Source of the DNA: Mobula hypostoma
Lineage: Eukaryota
Assembly: GCF_963921235.1 (NCBI RefSeq)
Contig: NC_086109.1
Location: forward strand, 4,342,001 to 4,406,000
Direction: 5' to 3'
DNA length: 64,000 nucleotides
Part shown: one piece after another, positions 1 to 13,300 of the stretch
How positions within the stretch are numbered: the first letter of the stretch is position 1
Layout: every line of letters begins with the position of its first letter
Program-made: the position numbers and the translations under genes
The notes under the pieces: model-generated
Databases searched by the model: none
What the model saw: only the letters and a program-made list of their open reading frames with translations
Told to the model about the DNA's origin: nothing

Positions 1-575
1 CCACCTGTGAGGCAACTTTCAGGGATCTGTGGACATGTACCCCGAGATCCCTCTGCTCCTCCACACTACCAAGTATCCTGCCATTTATTTTGTACTCTGC
101 CTTGGAGTTTGTCCTTCCAAAGTGTACCACCTCACACTTCTCCGGGTTGAACTCCATCTGCCACTTCTCAGCCCACTTCTGCATCCTAACAATGTCTCTC
201 TGCAATCTTTGACAATCCTCTACACTATCTACAACACCACCAACCTTTTGTGTCATCTGCAAACTTGCCAACCCACCCTTCTACCCCCACATCCAGGTCG
301 TTAATAAAAATCACGAAAAGTAGAGGTCCCAGAACAGATCCTTGTGGGACACCACTAGTCACAATCCTCCAATCTGAATGTACTCCCTCCACCACCACCC
401 TCTGCCTTCTGCAGGCAAGCCAATTCTGAATCCACCGGGCCAAACTTCCCTGGATCCCATGCCTTCTAACTTTCTGAATAAGCCTACCGTGTGGAACCTT
501 GTCAAATGCCTTACTAAAATCCATATAGATCACATCCACTGCACTACCCTCATCTATATGCTTGGTCACCTCCTC
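1..575 (-). mobile_element. CR1 LINE ORF2 (RT) fragment
   Basis: ORF 225..569: [16 protein letters not shown]...[14 protein letters not shown]...KFADDTK. Confidence 0.92.
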
Positions 576-577
576 GT

Positions 578-778
578 GATGGGTTAAGACTGTAAAAGAC
601 GTGTTGAGGTGAGTTTAACAGGTGTCATTCGTTCATTAGCATAGCTAACATTATTTAAACTAGCTGGCTGGCTGCTAAGGAGCTACTCTATTGCAGACAT
701 CCCACCTCTCCCAGAAGTCTCCTGCAAATTGATGGCGTTACCTCCCTGAAATCAGTTTTTGCAGGGTGGGATGTCTGC
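578..778. mobile_element. Truncated third copy of the CAGACATCC MITE
   Basis: Matches 33850-34052. Confidence 0.8.
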
Positions 779-2345
779 AATACTCCAAGTGAGGCCTCAC
801 TGGTGTTTCATAAAGACTCAACTTTACATCCTTGCTTTTATTTTCTAGTCCTCTTGAAATGAATGCTAACATTGTATTTGCCTTCCTCACCACAGATTCA
901 ACCTGCAAATTAACCTTCAGGGAATCCTGCACAAGGATTCCCAGGTCCCTTTGCATCTTAGTTTTTTGTATATTTTTCTCCAGTTATAAAATAGTCAACC
1001 TTTTAATTTCTTCTACCTAAGTACATGACGATACACTTCCCAACACTGTATTCCATCTGCCGCTTCTTTGCCCATTCTCATAAGCTAAGTCCTTCTGTAG
1101 CCTCTCTACTTCCTCAAAATTACCTACCTCTCCTCCTATCTTCATATCATCATCTGCAAATTTTGCAATTAAGCCATCAATTCCATCATTCAAACTATTG
1201 ACATATAACATAAAAAGAATCCGTCCCAACACAGACCCCTGTGGAACACTAGTAATCACTGGCAGCCAGCCAGAAAAGGCTCCCTTCATTCCCACACTTT
1301 GTCTCTTGCCAATCAGCTACTACTATATCCAAGCTAGAATCTTTCCTGTAATACTCTGGGCTCGTAGCATGTTAAACAACTTCATGTATGGCAACTTGTC
1401 AAAGGCCTTCTGAAAATCCAAGTACACATCATCAACTGATTCTCCTTTGTCTATCCAGCTTGTTATTTCTTCAAAGAATTTCAACAGATTTGTCAGGTAA
1501 GATTTTCCCGTGAGGAAACCATGCTGACTATGGCTTATTTTATTATGTGCCTCCAAGTACCCCAAAACCACATCCTCAAAATTGACTCCAACATCTTCCC
1601 AACAACCGAGGTCAGACTAATTGGCCTATACTTTCCTTTCTTCTGCCTCTCTCCCTTCTTGAAGAGTGCAGAGACATTTGCAATTTTCCTGTCTTCCGGA
1701 ACAATTCCAGAATCTAGTGATTCTTGAAAGATCATTACTAATGTTTCCACAATCTTTTTAGCCACCTCTTTCAGAACCCTGGAGTGTACACCATTTGGTC
1801 CAGGTGACTTATCTACCTTCAGGTCTGCCAGTTTCCCAAGAACCATTTCCCTCCTAATGCTAACTTCACACACTTCATGACACTTGGCACCTCCACCATA
1901 CTGCTAGTGTCTTTTTCAGTGAAGACTGATGCAAAATACTTACTCAGTCTGTCCGCCATTTCCTTGTTTCCAATTACTACCTCTCCAGCATTGTTTTCCA
2001 GCAGTCCGATATCCACTCTCACCTCTCTTACACTTTATGAATCTGAAGAAGCTTGTTGGTGTCCCCTTCAATATTATTGGCTAGCTTACTTTTATATTCC
2101 ATTGTTACCTTCTTAATAACTTTTTTGGTTGCCTTCTGTTGGTATTTAAAAGCTTCCTAATCCTCTAACTTCCCACTAATTCTTGCTCTATTATATGCCC
2201 TCTCTTTGGCTTTTGTACAGGCTTTCAGTTCTGTCGTTCTTGCCTTTAGAAAACTTCTTCTTTGGGACATATATATCTTGCAATATCTTCCAAATTGCTT
2301 CCAGAAAGTACAGCCATTGCTCCTCTGCCGTCATCCTTGCCAACG
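779..2345 (-). mobile_element. CR1 LINE ORF2 fragment (frameshifted)
   Basis: Overlapping minus ORFs with [28 protein letters not shown] and FADDD motifs. Confidence 0.9.
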
Positions 2346-2354
2346 TTCCAACAA

Positions 2355-2862
2355 AGTATGTGCTGACATTGGAGAGGGTCCAGAGAAGGTTCACAAGAAT
2401 GATCCCAGTAATGAAAGGGTTAACATGCGAGGATGTCTGGTGGCTCTAGGCCTGTACTCGCTGGAGTTTAGAAGAATGAGAAGAACATTTCATTGAATTC
2501 TATCGAATATTGAAAGGCCTAGACAGAGAAGATGTGGAGAGGATGTTTCCTATAGTGGAAGAGTCTAGGACCAGAGAGTAAAAGCCTCAGAATACAAGGA
2601 CACCCCTTTAGAACAGAGATGAAGAGGAATTTCTTTAGCCAGCAGGTGGTAAAGGTAAACCTGTAGAATTCGTTGCCTCACTCGACGATGGAGGTCAAGT
2701 CACTGGGTGTATGTAAGGTGAAAATTGATGATTAGTCAGGACGTCAAGGGTTACAGGAAGAAGGCAAGAAAATGGGGTTGAGAGTGAAAATAAATCAGCC
2801 ACGATCGAATGACAGAATGGGCTGAATGGCCTAATTCTGCTCCTATGTCTTATGGTCTCTTA
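2355..2862 (+). mobile_element. CR1 3' end fragment
   Basis: LERVQRRFTRMIP...[12 protein letters not shown] plus typical 3' UTR (gggctgaatggcctaattctgctcctatgtcttatggt). Confidence 0.85.
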
Positions 2863-3271
2863 TAGAGTTATGCACCTTTCAGATTATTCCCACTAGCCTT
2901 AAAGTGCCAGAGCTGAGCCGTAACGTTTCCTTCCTAGTCTCAATTCTGTATAACTGATAGGAAAGCTAGGGCAAGACCAGTTGTAAATCTGTCACCCCAC
3001 ATACTTCCTCTGTTCTTCCCACCCTCTCTACAGCTTCATACGTTAGTCTTTTCACCTTCCCTGCTCCTTTAATTTTATGTGTTAAAGCACTGAGCCAATT
3101 TGCTTGTTTCTATTGTACAAAGAGAACATTTAGTGGTGGTATTGAATAGATTGAAATTTGAAACTTTTGGTGATTTCCCCCTCCAAGTGGTTCCAGTTCC
3201 CCACCATCTGTCCCACAAAGACAAAGTGAGTGGATCCTTCTGAATAGATCACAGAAAAAACCATATAACAC

Positions 3272-3956
3272 ACAGTGTCTATAAAAGGTATTCAGCCCCC
3301 TTGGAACTTTAAATGAACATTGAATCACATTTGGATTAAATTTGGCTTTTTTTTTGACACTGATCAACTGAAAAAGATTCTGTGGTATCAAAGTGCAAAC
3401 ATCTCTACAAAGTGATACAAATTAATTAAAAATATAAAACACAAAATAATTGATTGCATAAGTACTTATCCCCTTTAATATGACACGCCAAATTATCACT
3501 GGTGCAGCCAATTGGTTTTAGAAGTCGCATAACTAGTTAAATGTGGATCACTGTGTGCAGTCAAGGTGTTTCAGTTGATCATAGTAAAAATACACCTGTA
3601 TCTGGAAGGTCCAACTGCTGGTGAGTCAGTATCCTGGCAAAAACTACACCATGAAGACAAAAGAACACTCCAAGCAACTCTGCAAATAGGTTATTGAAAA
3701 GCACAAGTCAGTTGATGGATGCAAGGAAACTTTCAAGTCACTGAACATCCCTTAGTTACGTCAACCATCAAGAAATGGAAAAACTATGGTACAGCTGTAA
3801 ATCTGCCTAGAGCAAGCGGCCCTCAAAAACTGAAACCGTGCAAGAAGGGGACAAGTGAGGGAGTCCACAAAGAGACCTATGACAACTCTGGAGGAGTTAC
3901 AAGCTTCAGTGGCTGAGATGGGAGAGACCGGACATACAACAACTGTTGCCTGGGTG
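3272..3956 (+). mobile_element. Tc1-like DNA transposon remnant (5' TIR plus transposase N-terminus)
   Basis: cagtgtctataaaaggtattcagccccc TIR; ATG 3651 MKTKEHSKQL... and STIKKWKNYGTAVNLPRASG paired-like HTH. Confidence 0.75.
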
Positions 3957-4206
3957 AAACACGCTCCAACATAGCAAGCTCAGTCTTGTTCAACATAACA
4001 GTAGCACGACCTACAACACAGCAACGGAGGCAGCCTGCCCTGGCATCGGAAGTCTATCTGGGTGTGTGAGTGGGTGGTAGGGATGGGAAAGGGGTAGCTT
4101 TACCGTTCCTATCTCGTTTTGTTTTTGCAGCTTGTGCTGTTCTGCTGAAGACTATGGTAAAAGCTGAGTCCGGTAGTTAATGAAATCTGCCATTTTCCTT
4201 TCTTAG

Positions 4207-4303
4207 CAAAATCTTGTGGAAGTCCAGGAGAGATTTTGAACGGACGGTACAATGCCACAAGCAATAACTTTGGAGCCAAAGTCATATTTTACTGTGACGA
4301 AGG
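4207..4303 (+). CDS. Exon: first half of split CCP (CCP2a-like), [32 protein letters not shown]
   Basis: ttttcctttcttag|CA acceptor and GG|gtaagt donor. The intron splits the Gly codon after C-x-x (phase 2), as in split RCA CCP exons. N-glycosylation sequon NAT. Confidence 0.9.
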
Positions 4304-7300
4304 GTAAGTGTGCTGTGGACTGGTGATAAACATTACGGAAAGTATTTGTCCAAAACTGTCATGGTGGTTTCTAGCAGGACTGGACTCAGGTGCTGAGGAA
4401 TGGCGGACTGTCTCACAGTGAATGCTGGGAACGACTGAACCCAGGGGCAGAGGAATGGCGGACTGCCCATGAAGAGCTGGAAACAAGAGGTCAGACACAG
4501 GAATACCAACAGAGCATTGGAAGCACGACAGAGTAGCATCGCGAGGCAAATTACTCTCCACAAACACAAGGACTCCGTTCCTCCGCACCTGTGGGTTCAG
4601 TCGTCTGTAAGCGCACATCGTCATAGCCACAGCAGCATTCTAATCATCAAAGTTGTGGACATTAATAATGATATGGCTACCAAAAGTTTCACCCTAGAAT
4701 TTGAGTTATAACTCTGGTCCCAGTGTCATTCTATGTGTTTTTTTTCACCAATCTCCCACTCTATTCAGCTTCAGAATCCGGTTTAATATCACTGGCATAT
4801 AGCGTCAAAGGGGGAAAGAAAACAGCACAGAGACAGGTTCTTTCAGGAGAATAAGGGGGGATCTCATAGAAACATTCCAAATATTAAAAGGTCTGAACAG
4901 ATTAGATATGGCAAATTTGTTTCCCATGGTATGGGAGTCTAGGACAAGAGGGCACGACTTCAGGATTGAAGGACGTCCATTTAGAACAGATGCAGAGAAA
5001 TTACTTTAGTCAGAGGGTGGTAAATCTGTGCAATTTGTTGCCACGAGTGGCTGTGGAGGCCAAATCATTGGGTGCATTTAAGGCAGAGATAGATAGGTTC
5101 TTGATTAACCAGAGCATTAAAGGGTATGGGAAGAAGGCAGGGGAGTAGGGATGACTGGAAGAATTGGATCAGCCCATGATTGAATGGTGGAGCAGACTCG
5201 ATGGGCCGAATGGCCTACTTCTGCTCCTCTATCTTATGGTCTTATATAAAACTCTGGTTTGGCTGCACCTGGAGTATTGCATACAGTTCTGATTGGCCCA
5301 CTATAGGAAGGATGTTGAGGTTTGGAGGGGTGCAGAAGAGGTTCACCAGGATGCTGCCTGGTTTAGAGAGCATGTGCTATCACGAGATGCTAGATAAACT
5401 TGGGTTGTTTTTTTTTGGAGCGTCGGAAGCTGAGGGAAGATCTGATAGAGGTTTACAAGATTATGAGAGGCATAGATAGAGTAAAGAGAGAGTATCTGTT
5501 TCGCAGGGTTGAAATTCTTAATACCAGAGGGTCTCCCCATAACCTTTGATGCCACATCCAATCAAGAACCTATCAATCTCTGCCTTAAATACACACAACG
5601 ACCTGGCCTCCACAGCTGCATGTGGAAACAAATTCCACAAATTCACCACCCTTTGGCTAAAGAAATTTCTCTGCATCTCTGTTTTGTTAGGGTGCCCCTC
5701 TATCCTGAGGCTGTGCCCTCTTGTCTGAGACTCTCCCACCATGGGAAACATCCTTTCCACATATACTCTGTCTAGGCCTTTCAACATTCGAAAGATTTCA
5801 ATGAGATCCTCTCTCATGCTTCTGAATTCCAGCGAGTACAGACCCATACCCATCAAATGTTCTTCATATGATAACCCTTTCATTCCTGGAATTATCCTTG
5901 TGAACCTCCTCTAGAACCCCCCCCCCCCAATGCCAGCACATATTTCCCAAGATGAGGGGCCCAAAACTGTTCACAAACTTCAAGGTGATGCCTCACCAGT
6001 GCCTTATAAAGCCTCAGCATCACATCCTTGCTCTTGTATTCTAGACCTCTTGAAATGAATGCTAACATGGCATTTCCCTTCCTCACCACTGTTTCGACCT
6101 GCAAGTTAACCTTCACCGTGCTCTACACAAGGACTCCCAAGTCCCTTTGTGTCTCAAATTTTTGGATTTTCTCCCCGTTTAGAAAATAGTCCACTCATTT
6201 ATTTCTACTACCAAACTGCATGACCATACATTTTCCAACATTGAATTTCATTTTCCACTTTCTTGCCCATTCTCCTAACCTAAATCCTTCTGCATCCTAC
6301 TTACTTCCTCAACACTACCTGCCCTTCCACCAATCCTCACATCATCTACAAACTTGGCAACAAAGTCATCTGTTCCATCATCTAAATCATTTATATACAG
6401 CATAAAAAGAAGTGATCCCAACACCAACCCCTACGGAACACCACTAGTCACTGGCAGCCAAGCAGAAAAGGATCCTTTTATTCCCACTCGCTGCCTCCTA
6501 CCAATCAGTCAATGCTCTAACCATGTTAATAACTTTCCTGTAATACCATGGGCTCTTAACTTAGTAAACAGCCTCATTTGTGGCACCTTGTCAAAGGCCT
6601 TCTGCAAGTCCAAATATGCAACATCCACTGCATCCCCTTTATCTATCCTACTTGTAATCTCCTCAAAGAATTCCAAAAGCTTCATCAGGCAGGATTTTCC
6701 CTGAAGGAAACCATGCTGACTTTGTACTTGTCCTGTGTAACCAAGTACTCCGTCAACTAATCCTTAACAATTAACTCCAACATCTTCCCAACCACTGAGG
6801 TCAGGCTAACTGGTCTTTAATTTCTTTTCTGCTGTCTTCCTGCTTTCTTAAAGAGTGGAGTGACATTTGCCATTTTCCAGTTCTCTGGCACCATGCCAGT
6901 CCAATGATTTTTGAAAGATTATTACTAATGCCACCACAATCTCTAACGCCACCTCTTTCAGAACCCTAGGGTGCAGTTCATCTGGTCCAGGTGACTTGTG
7001 TACCTTTAGGTCTTTCAGCTTCTTGAGCACATTCTTGTAACAGTAACTGCACCCACTTCTCTTCCTTCACAAACTACATCAGGCATACTGCTAGTGTCTT
7101 CCACAGTAAGAACTGATGCAAAATACTCATTTAGTTCATCAGCCATCTCCTTGGCTCCCATTTTTATTTCTCCTGCCTCATTTTCTAGTGGTTCTATATC
7201 CACTCTCATCTCTCTTTTATTTTTAGCATACTTGAAAAAGCTTTTACAATCCACTTTGATATAATTTGCTAGTTTGCTTTCATATTTCATCTTTTTCCTT

Positions 7301-10300
7301 CTAATGATTTTTTTTATTTGCACTCTGTAGGTTTTTAAATACTTCCCAATCCTCTATCTTCTCACTAAGTTTTGCCTTGTTGCATGCCCTTTCTTTTGCT
7401 TTGACTTCCCCTGTCAGCCATAGTTGTACTATTTTACCATTTGAGTATTTCTTCATTTTTGGAATACACATGTCCTGCACCTTCCTCATTTTTCCCGGAA
7501 ACGCACACAATTGCTGCTCTGCTGACACCCTGCCAGCAGCTCCTTCCAATTTACTTTGGCCAGCTCCTCTCTCATACCACTGTAATTTCCCTTACTCCAT
7601 TGAAATACTGCTATGTCAGACTTTACTTTCTCCCTAAATTTCAAGTTGAGTTCTATCATATTGTAATCACTGGTTCCTAAGTATTCTTTTACCTTAAGCT
7701 CCCTAGTCGCCTCCGGTTCATTACATAACACCCCAATCCCGTATAGAAGTCTCCCATGACTACCACAACATTGCCCTTTTGACTCACCTTTTCTATTTCC
7801 TGCATAAAACGATAACAGGCATTGATAGTGGACAGCCAGCACTTTTTGCCCAGGGCTACCAAGACAGGATATAATTTTAAGGTTATTGAAGGAAAGTATG
7901 GGCGGAATGTCAGAGTATGTTTTCACACTGAGAGGTGGTGAGTGCATGTTACACCCTGCTAAGGAGTGGTGGCAGAGGCAGGGACATTGGGAAACTCTTA
8001 GTTAGGCACATGGATGAAAAAAAATAGGCGGGGGGGGGTGCTATACAGGAGGGAAGCAAGTAGGTTGATCTTGGAGTAGGCTAAAACATTGTGGGCCGAG
8101 GGGCCTTTAGTGTTCTATGTTCTTAAACGTTCTTGCATATCAAGGACATTATCAGTCAAAACACAAAGTGCCAAAGAAAGACAGAAGCGACAAGTTGGGA
8201 GAAAAAGTTGGAGATGCTGTGATAGAATTGGAAGAAGTAGGAAATCTTTATCAGGTGATGTTAAAGCAGCCATGGACCATAATTACAGCAGCAGCCAAGA
8301 CAAATCATTCCACATAAAAAAATACTCGGAGACAGCACTCCACAAATTGTTAAAACTGAGTGCACCCCAGATGGTCCCTCTCCTCTAAGCCCCAGCACAC
8401 CATCCCATCAGGCAGAAGATACAAAAGCCTGAAAGCATGTACCACCAGCTTCTAAGCCTATTGAACAGTTCCCTAGTATGATAAGATAGACCCTTGACCT
8501 CACAATCTACCTTGTTGTGACACTTGCACCTTACTGTTGCCTACAATGCATTTTCTCTGTAACTAACACCTTAGTCAGCATTCTGTTACTGTTCTCCCTT
8601 GTGCTAGCTCGGAACTGTGTAATGAAAGGCTCTGTATTAGTGTACAGTGTAAAACAAACTCTTTCGCTCTACCTCAAGACATATGATAATAATCAACCTA
8701 TTTACCAATTTGAATGTAAAAGAAAAAGGTACCTCTGAAGCTTACATCCAGCTAAAGAGAGAAGGAAATAGAAACATAGAAACAATATGAAAAGCAACAC
8801 ACACAAAAAATGCTGGTGAACGCAGCAGGCCAGGCAGCATCTATAGGAAGAGGTACAGTCGACCAAGGGTCTCGGCCCAAAGCGCCAACTGTACCTCTTC
8901 CTATAGATGCTGCCTGGCCTGCTGCGTTCACCAGCATTTTTTGTGTGTGTTGCTTGAATTTCCAGCATCTGCAGATTTCCTCGTGTTTAGAATATGAAAA
9001 GGTGTGGTAAAAAGTGATAATAGAAAAGAATTGTTTTCTATAGACACAACAGTTTACAGACATCCCACCCTGCAAAAGCTCATCTCAGGGAGGTAGCACC
9101 ATCAATTTGCGGGAGACTTCCGGGAGAGGTGGGATGTCTGCAATAGAGTAGCTCCTTAGCAGCTAGCCAGCTAGTTTAAATAACGTTAGCTATGCTAATG
9201 AACGAACGACACCTGTTAAACTCACCTCAACACGTCTTTTACAGTCTTAACCCACCATGGGCAATAGAAAAGTCACTGTTGCAAACAGTGCGACGAGCAA
9301 CACTGTCATTATTTTGACCCCTATTAGGCAGGGGTACACTTTAGTGTAGTCTGGGGTGACGTACGTTTTATATTTTTTTGGAACACTCTGCCATGGCGCG
9401 CGCTCTCTCTCCTGGTCGCTCTCGCGCTCTCTCTTGCTTTTCTCTCACTCACTCTCAAAAAAATTGATTTCCGTGATATTGTATATAATTTGCGGGCATC
9501 AGGGAGCCACTATTAATATGTGGGAGACTCCCGGAACTTCCAGGAGAGTTAGGATGTCTGAGTTTATCCTTTGAAAGCTGATGATTTTATTATCCTCAGA
9601 TGGTTTTAAAAGTATGAATTCCTTCCGTTACATACGGCTTTCCTTTCCCTTCCTCTGCTGAGAGGACTATGGGCAAATATATTTTGGCTAAAATTCGTAG
9701 CCGCAGACACTTCTGTCAGTAGCTCCCTCATGCCTTCCCTCCCTGTTGGTCACCCAGCTTATTAGCCAACAATAGCTGACTCTTCTCTCACTAACACAGT
9801 TGTGTTTCTGTCTAGGTACCATCTGATTGGGAGAGATTACAGGCTGTGTGAAGATGAAGGCTGGTCAGGAGAAGTGCCAAGCTGTGAGCGTAAGTCACAC
9901 TTGACTGCTCTTTGAGAAACATCAGGCCTGTTTATGAGAATATTACTTCTGTTTGAACAGAAGACATAGGGGCAGAACTGGGCCATCCAGCCATCGAATC
10001 TACTCCACTATTCCATCATGGCTGATTTATCTTCCCTTCCAATCTCATTTCCTTGCCTTCTCCCCGTAATCATCGATGCCCTTGCCTGTCAACCTCCACT
10101 TTAGATTAGCGTTGATGAGGCTGGTGACGAATACCTGGATTACTATTCTACAAAGGTGTAATATCATGATTATGCAGTTCAAATCCAGAGACCTTGTCTA
10201 TTAGTGATGCCGTCACAGTAGAAGGGGAGCTCCAATTGTTGATGAAATTAGTCTCGATAGCAATGGTGAGCTTGAAGTTACCAATTTTTTTTATAAATCC

Positions 10301-13300
10301 ATGTGGTTCATTAATATATGTCTGACCCAGAATAGCCTAAATGTGACCTGAAAAACAGAGAAGACCTGCTCTCTGAAAGTGGCCAACAAACGCCCTCTCA
10401 CCCTCAGCACAGAGAGAGCGGTATCTGGAGGACTATTCTCATGGTCCACTCTCCTCTCCTACCTCATATCTTCTTCTTCAGCCCTTATCTTTTTCACTTT
10501 GCACTTTATTTCCCCCTCCCCCCACCACCTACCTTCCCCCTCACTTGGTCTCACCAATCACCTTCTAGCTTTGGGAAGGCGCAATAGTGTAGAGGTTAGC
10601 ACAGTGCTTTACGGTACAGGCGGCTCGGGTTCAATCTTTGCCACTGACTCTAAGGAGTTTGCACATCTCTCCCCGTGACCAGTTTCCTCCGGGTGCCCCC
10701 GTTTCCTCCCGCAGTCCAAAGACGCACCCGTTGGTAGGTTAATTGTTGATTGTAAATTGTCCCGTGATTAGGCTAAGATTGAGTTGGGGGATTACTCGGC
10801 GACACAGCTTGAAGGGCCAAAGGGACATATTCTGTATTGTCTCTCAATTTATTCAACAAGTAAGTAAATTCCACTCCTTCCCCTTCCTTTCCACTCCTGA
10901 TGAAGCATCTCATCCTGAAATGCTGCCTCTTTTCTCCTCTCCATAGAGGCTGCCTGATCTGCTGAGTTCCTCCAGCATTTTCTGTGTTCATCATCATCGT
11001 CATCATCAGGTGCCATGCCCAGTTTGAGCTCTGACTGCCATGGCCCACACACTCCTGTTTCAGGTCAAGTGGATCAATTCATTGGTATTCATTTCCAGTT
11101 CTCTGGCTGCTGTCTCCAGTGTGCGTTACTTAGTAGTTGAAGGAAGTGACTCACCATACCATATCATTGGTGAGAGGGATGGGCAGCTGAAGGATCTCGA
11201 TCTGAAATGTCGACTATTTCCCTCAGAGACCTTCCGTAACCAACATCCTTTTCCAGATCCTCACCCAATGAACAGAGAATGTAGAACATTACAGCACAGT
11301 TCAGGCCCTTCGATCCAAAATGTTGTGCCAATCTTTTAACCTGCTCTAAAATCAGTCTAACATAGCCCACCATGTCTTACTTTGCCAGCTGTCAAATGTG
11401 TAGATCTTCCATCGATTGAAAATGGAGTTGCACCATCTCCACCCAATGGCGAGGCCTGGGAATTTGGATCATTGGCCAAGTATTCATGTATTGGTGACTA
11501 CTCGTTGATTGGTGCAAAGTCACTTATTTGTTCATCTTCTGGACAGTGGAGTGACAAACCCCCGATATGCAAAGGTAATCAAAACTCGTTCCTACTGATC
11601 TCTCCGTGTCTCACCATTTTCCATCTAATATCAATGTTTAAATGGTTTAAAATATTAATCACGGAATAATTTTAAAAAGTAACATGCCTCTGCTGTCTTT
11701 GTGATCCAAACCTTGTGGCCCCAGTGACCACATTGATTCATAATAGATGCTAGGTATTTAATGAAGGCCTACAGACCATAAGACATAGGAACAGAATCAG
11801 GCCATTTGGTCTATCGAGTCTTCTCCGCCTTTCGATCATAGCTGATTTATTTTTCCTATCAATCCCTTTCTCCTAACTTCTTCCCATAGCCTTTGACGCC
11901 CTTATGAATCAATAATCTATCAAACTCAGCTTTAAATATAGCCAATAACTTGGCCTCTAAAGCCATCTGTGGCAATGATTACCACAGATTCACCACCTTC
12001 TGGCTTAAGAAATTCTTCTTCTTCTCTGTTCTAAAGGGGTGTCCTATAGGAAACTTCCTCTCCATGTCCACTCTATTGAACCCTTGCGGTATCTCTGGTA
12101 TTCTGTGAGACTGCCCCTCATTCTTCTAAGTGGTCAGCACGGATCTGTTGGGCCGAAGGTCTTGGCTCTTGTACCTCCCCATCACCCACTGATATAACAA
12201 AGGCCACAAAGTTAGAGAAGGCTGTTACTTTTTAAAACTGCTTTACTTAAGTCGTTTATAAGTGTGTTTGTAGCTAATATTATTTTCTTCATAGCACTAT
12301 AAAGGGGAATAAATTTCTTGACCCGAAACATTAACTGTTTCCTCCCTGCAGGTTGCTTGGCCTGCTGAGGTTCTTCAGCAATCAGTGTGTGGCTCTAGGC
12401 TGGGAGGTCCACTTGGCACGTATCTGTTCTAATCATCCCCGATAACTCAGTTCAGGAAAATGACTTCAGGTTAGATCGGCCTCTGAAGGAGTGTGAGCCA
12501 TGTGGCACTTGTCGTTGAACCCTTGGGTGAATACAAGGGTCAATTCTAGACAGCTACACTCCTGTACCTAATAAAGTGGCCACTGACTATATAACTGAAC
12601 AGCAATAGTTCGCTCACATGTTACATTAAAGGATAATTAACATGTAATTTTGTCCTCTGTAAATTACATTAAGTTTTGGGGACTACCTGTTAGCTGAATA
12701 AACTCCCGTCCCAGCATCAACAATTGATCTATGTATACAAATTATCTTGTGTATTTATACTTGAGGCTTTCCATTGGTTGTTGCATCCCAGCGGTCTACA
12801 CGATACGCGAGCCAGGCGGTACAATATGGAGAGCAAGCTGTTGCCCATACAGCAAGCTCCCCCTCTCCACACATCTGATGAATCCAAAGGAACGGAAGAG
12901 ACCGATACAGTTTGGCACCAGAGGCATCACCTGAGTTGCCAGTCAGCGTTGAACTCAGTGTAGGACAGCAGCTACAATTTTTCTTCAGGGTCTACTCCCG
13001 AAGCCTTCCCTATGAATGAATACAGCTGCAAGGAAGCGGAGGTTCAAGATCAGAGTTTTCCTTCTCCTAGATGAGCTGCCAACCAAGGCTGACAAGTTCC
13101 ATCTACCCGAAATGACCGGTTTTAAGGTGCCAGTAACTCACCTTTGCCCCTTCTCCTGTCAGCAGAAACATTTCTCAGTCAGTAGAAATGGTTTCACCAG
13201 GCTTAGTAACTAAGCCACAGGTGAAGACAGACGAGAAGCTGGACTTGGTTGTCAGAGGCCATTTGAGATGCATGCCATTGGGAGAATTTAATAGGCAGTG

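Noticed and set aside
1..4206. Signal-peptide or CCP1 exon and promoter of the CCP gene
   Set aside because: Region is almost entirely CR1, MITE and Tc1 debris; I found no Cys-patterned exon with splice sites.
10903..10935. Additional hammerhead (ctgatgaagcatctcatcctgaaatgc), and a partial one near 50886
   Set aside because: Stems and cleavage triplet are degenerate; decayed Penelope remnants.
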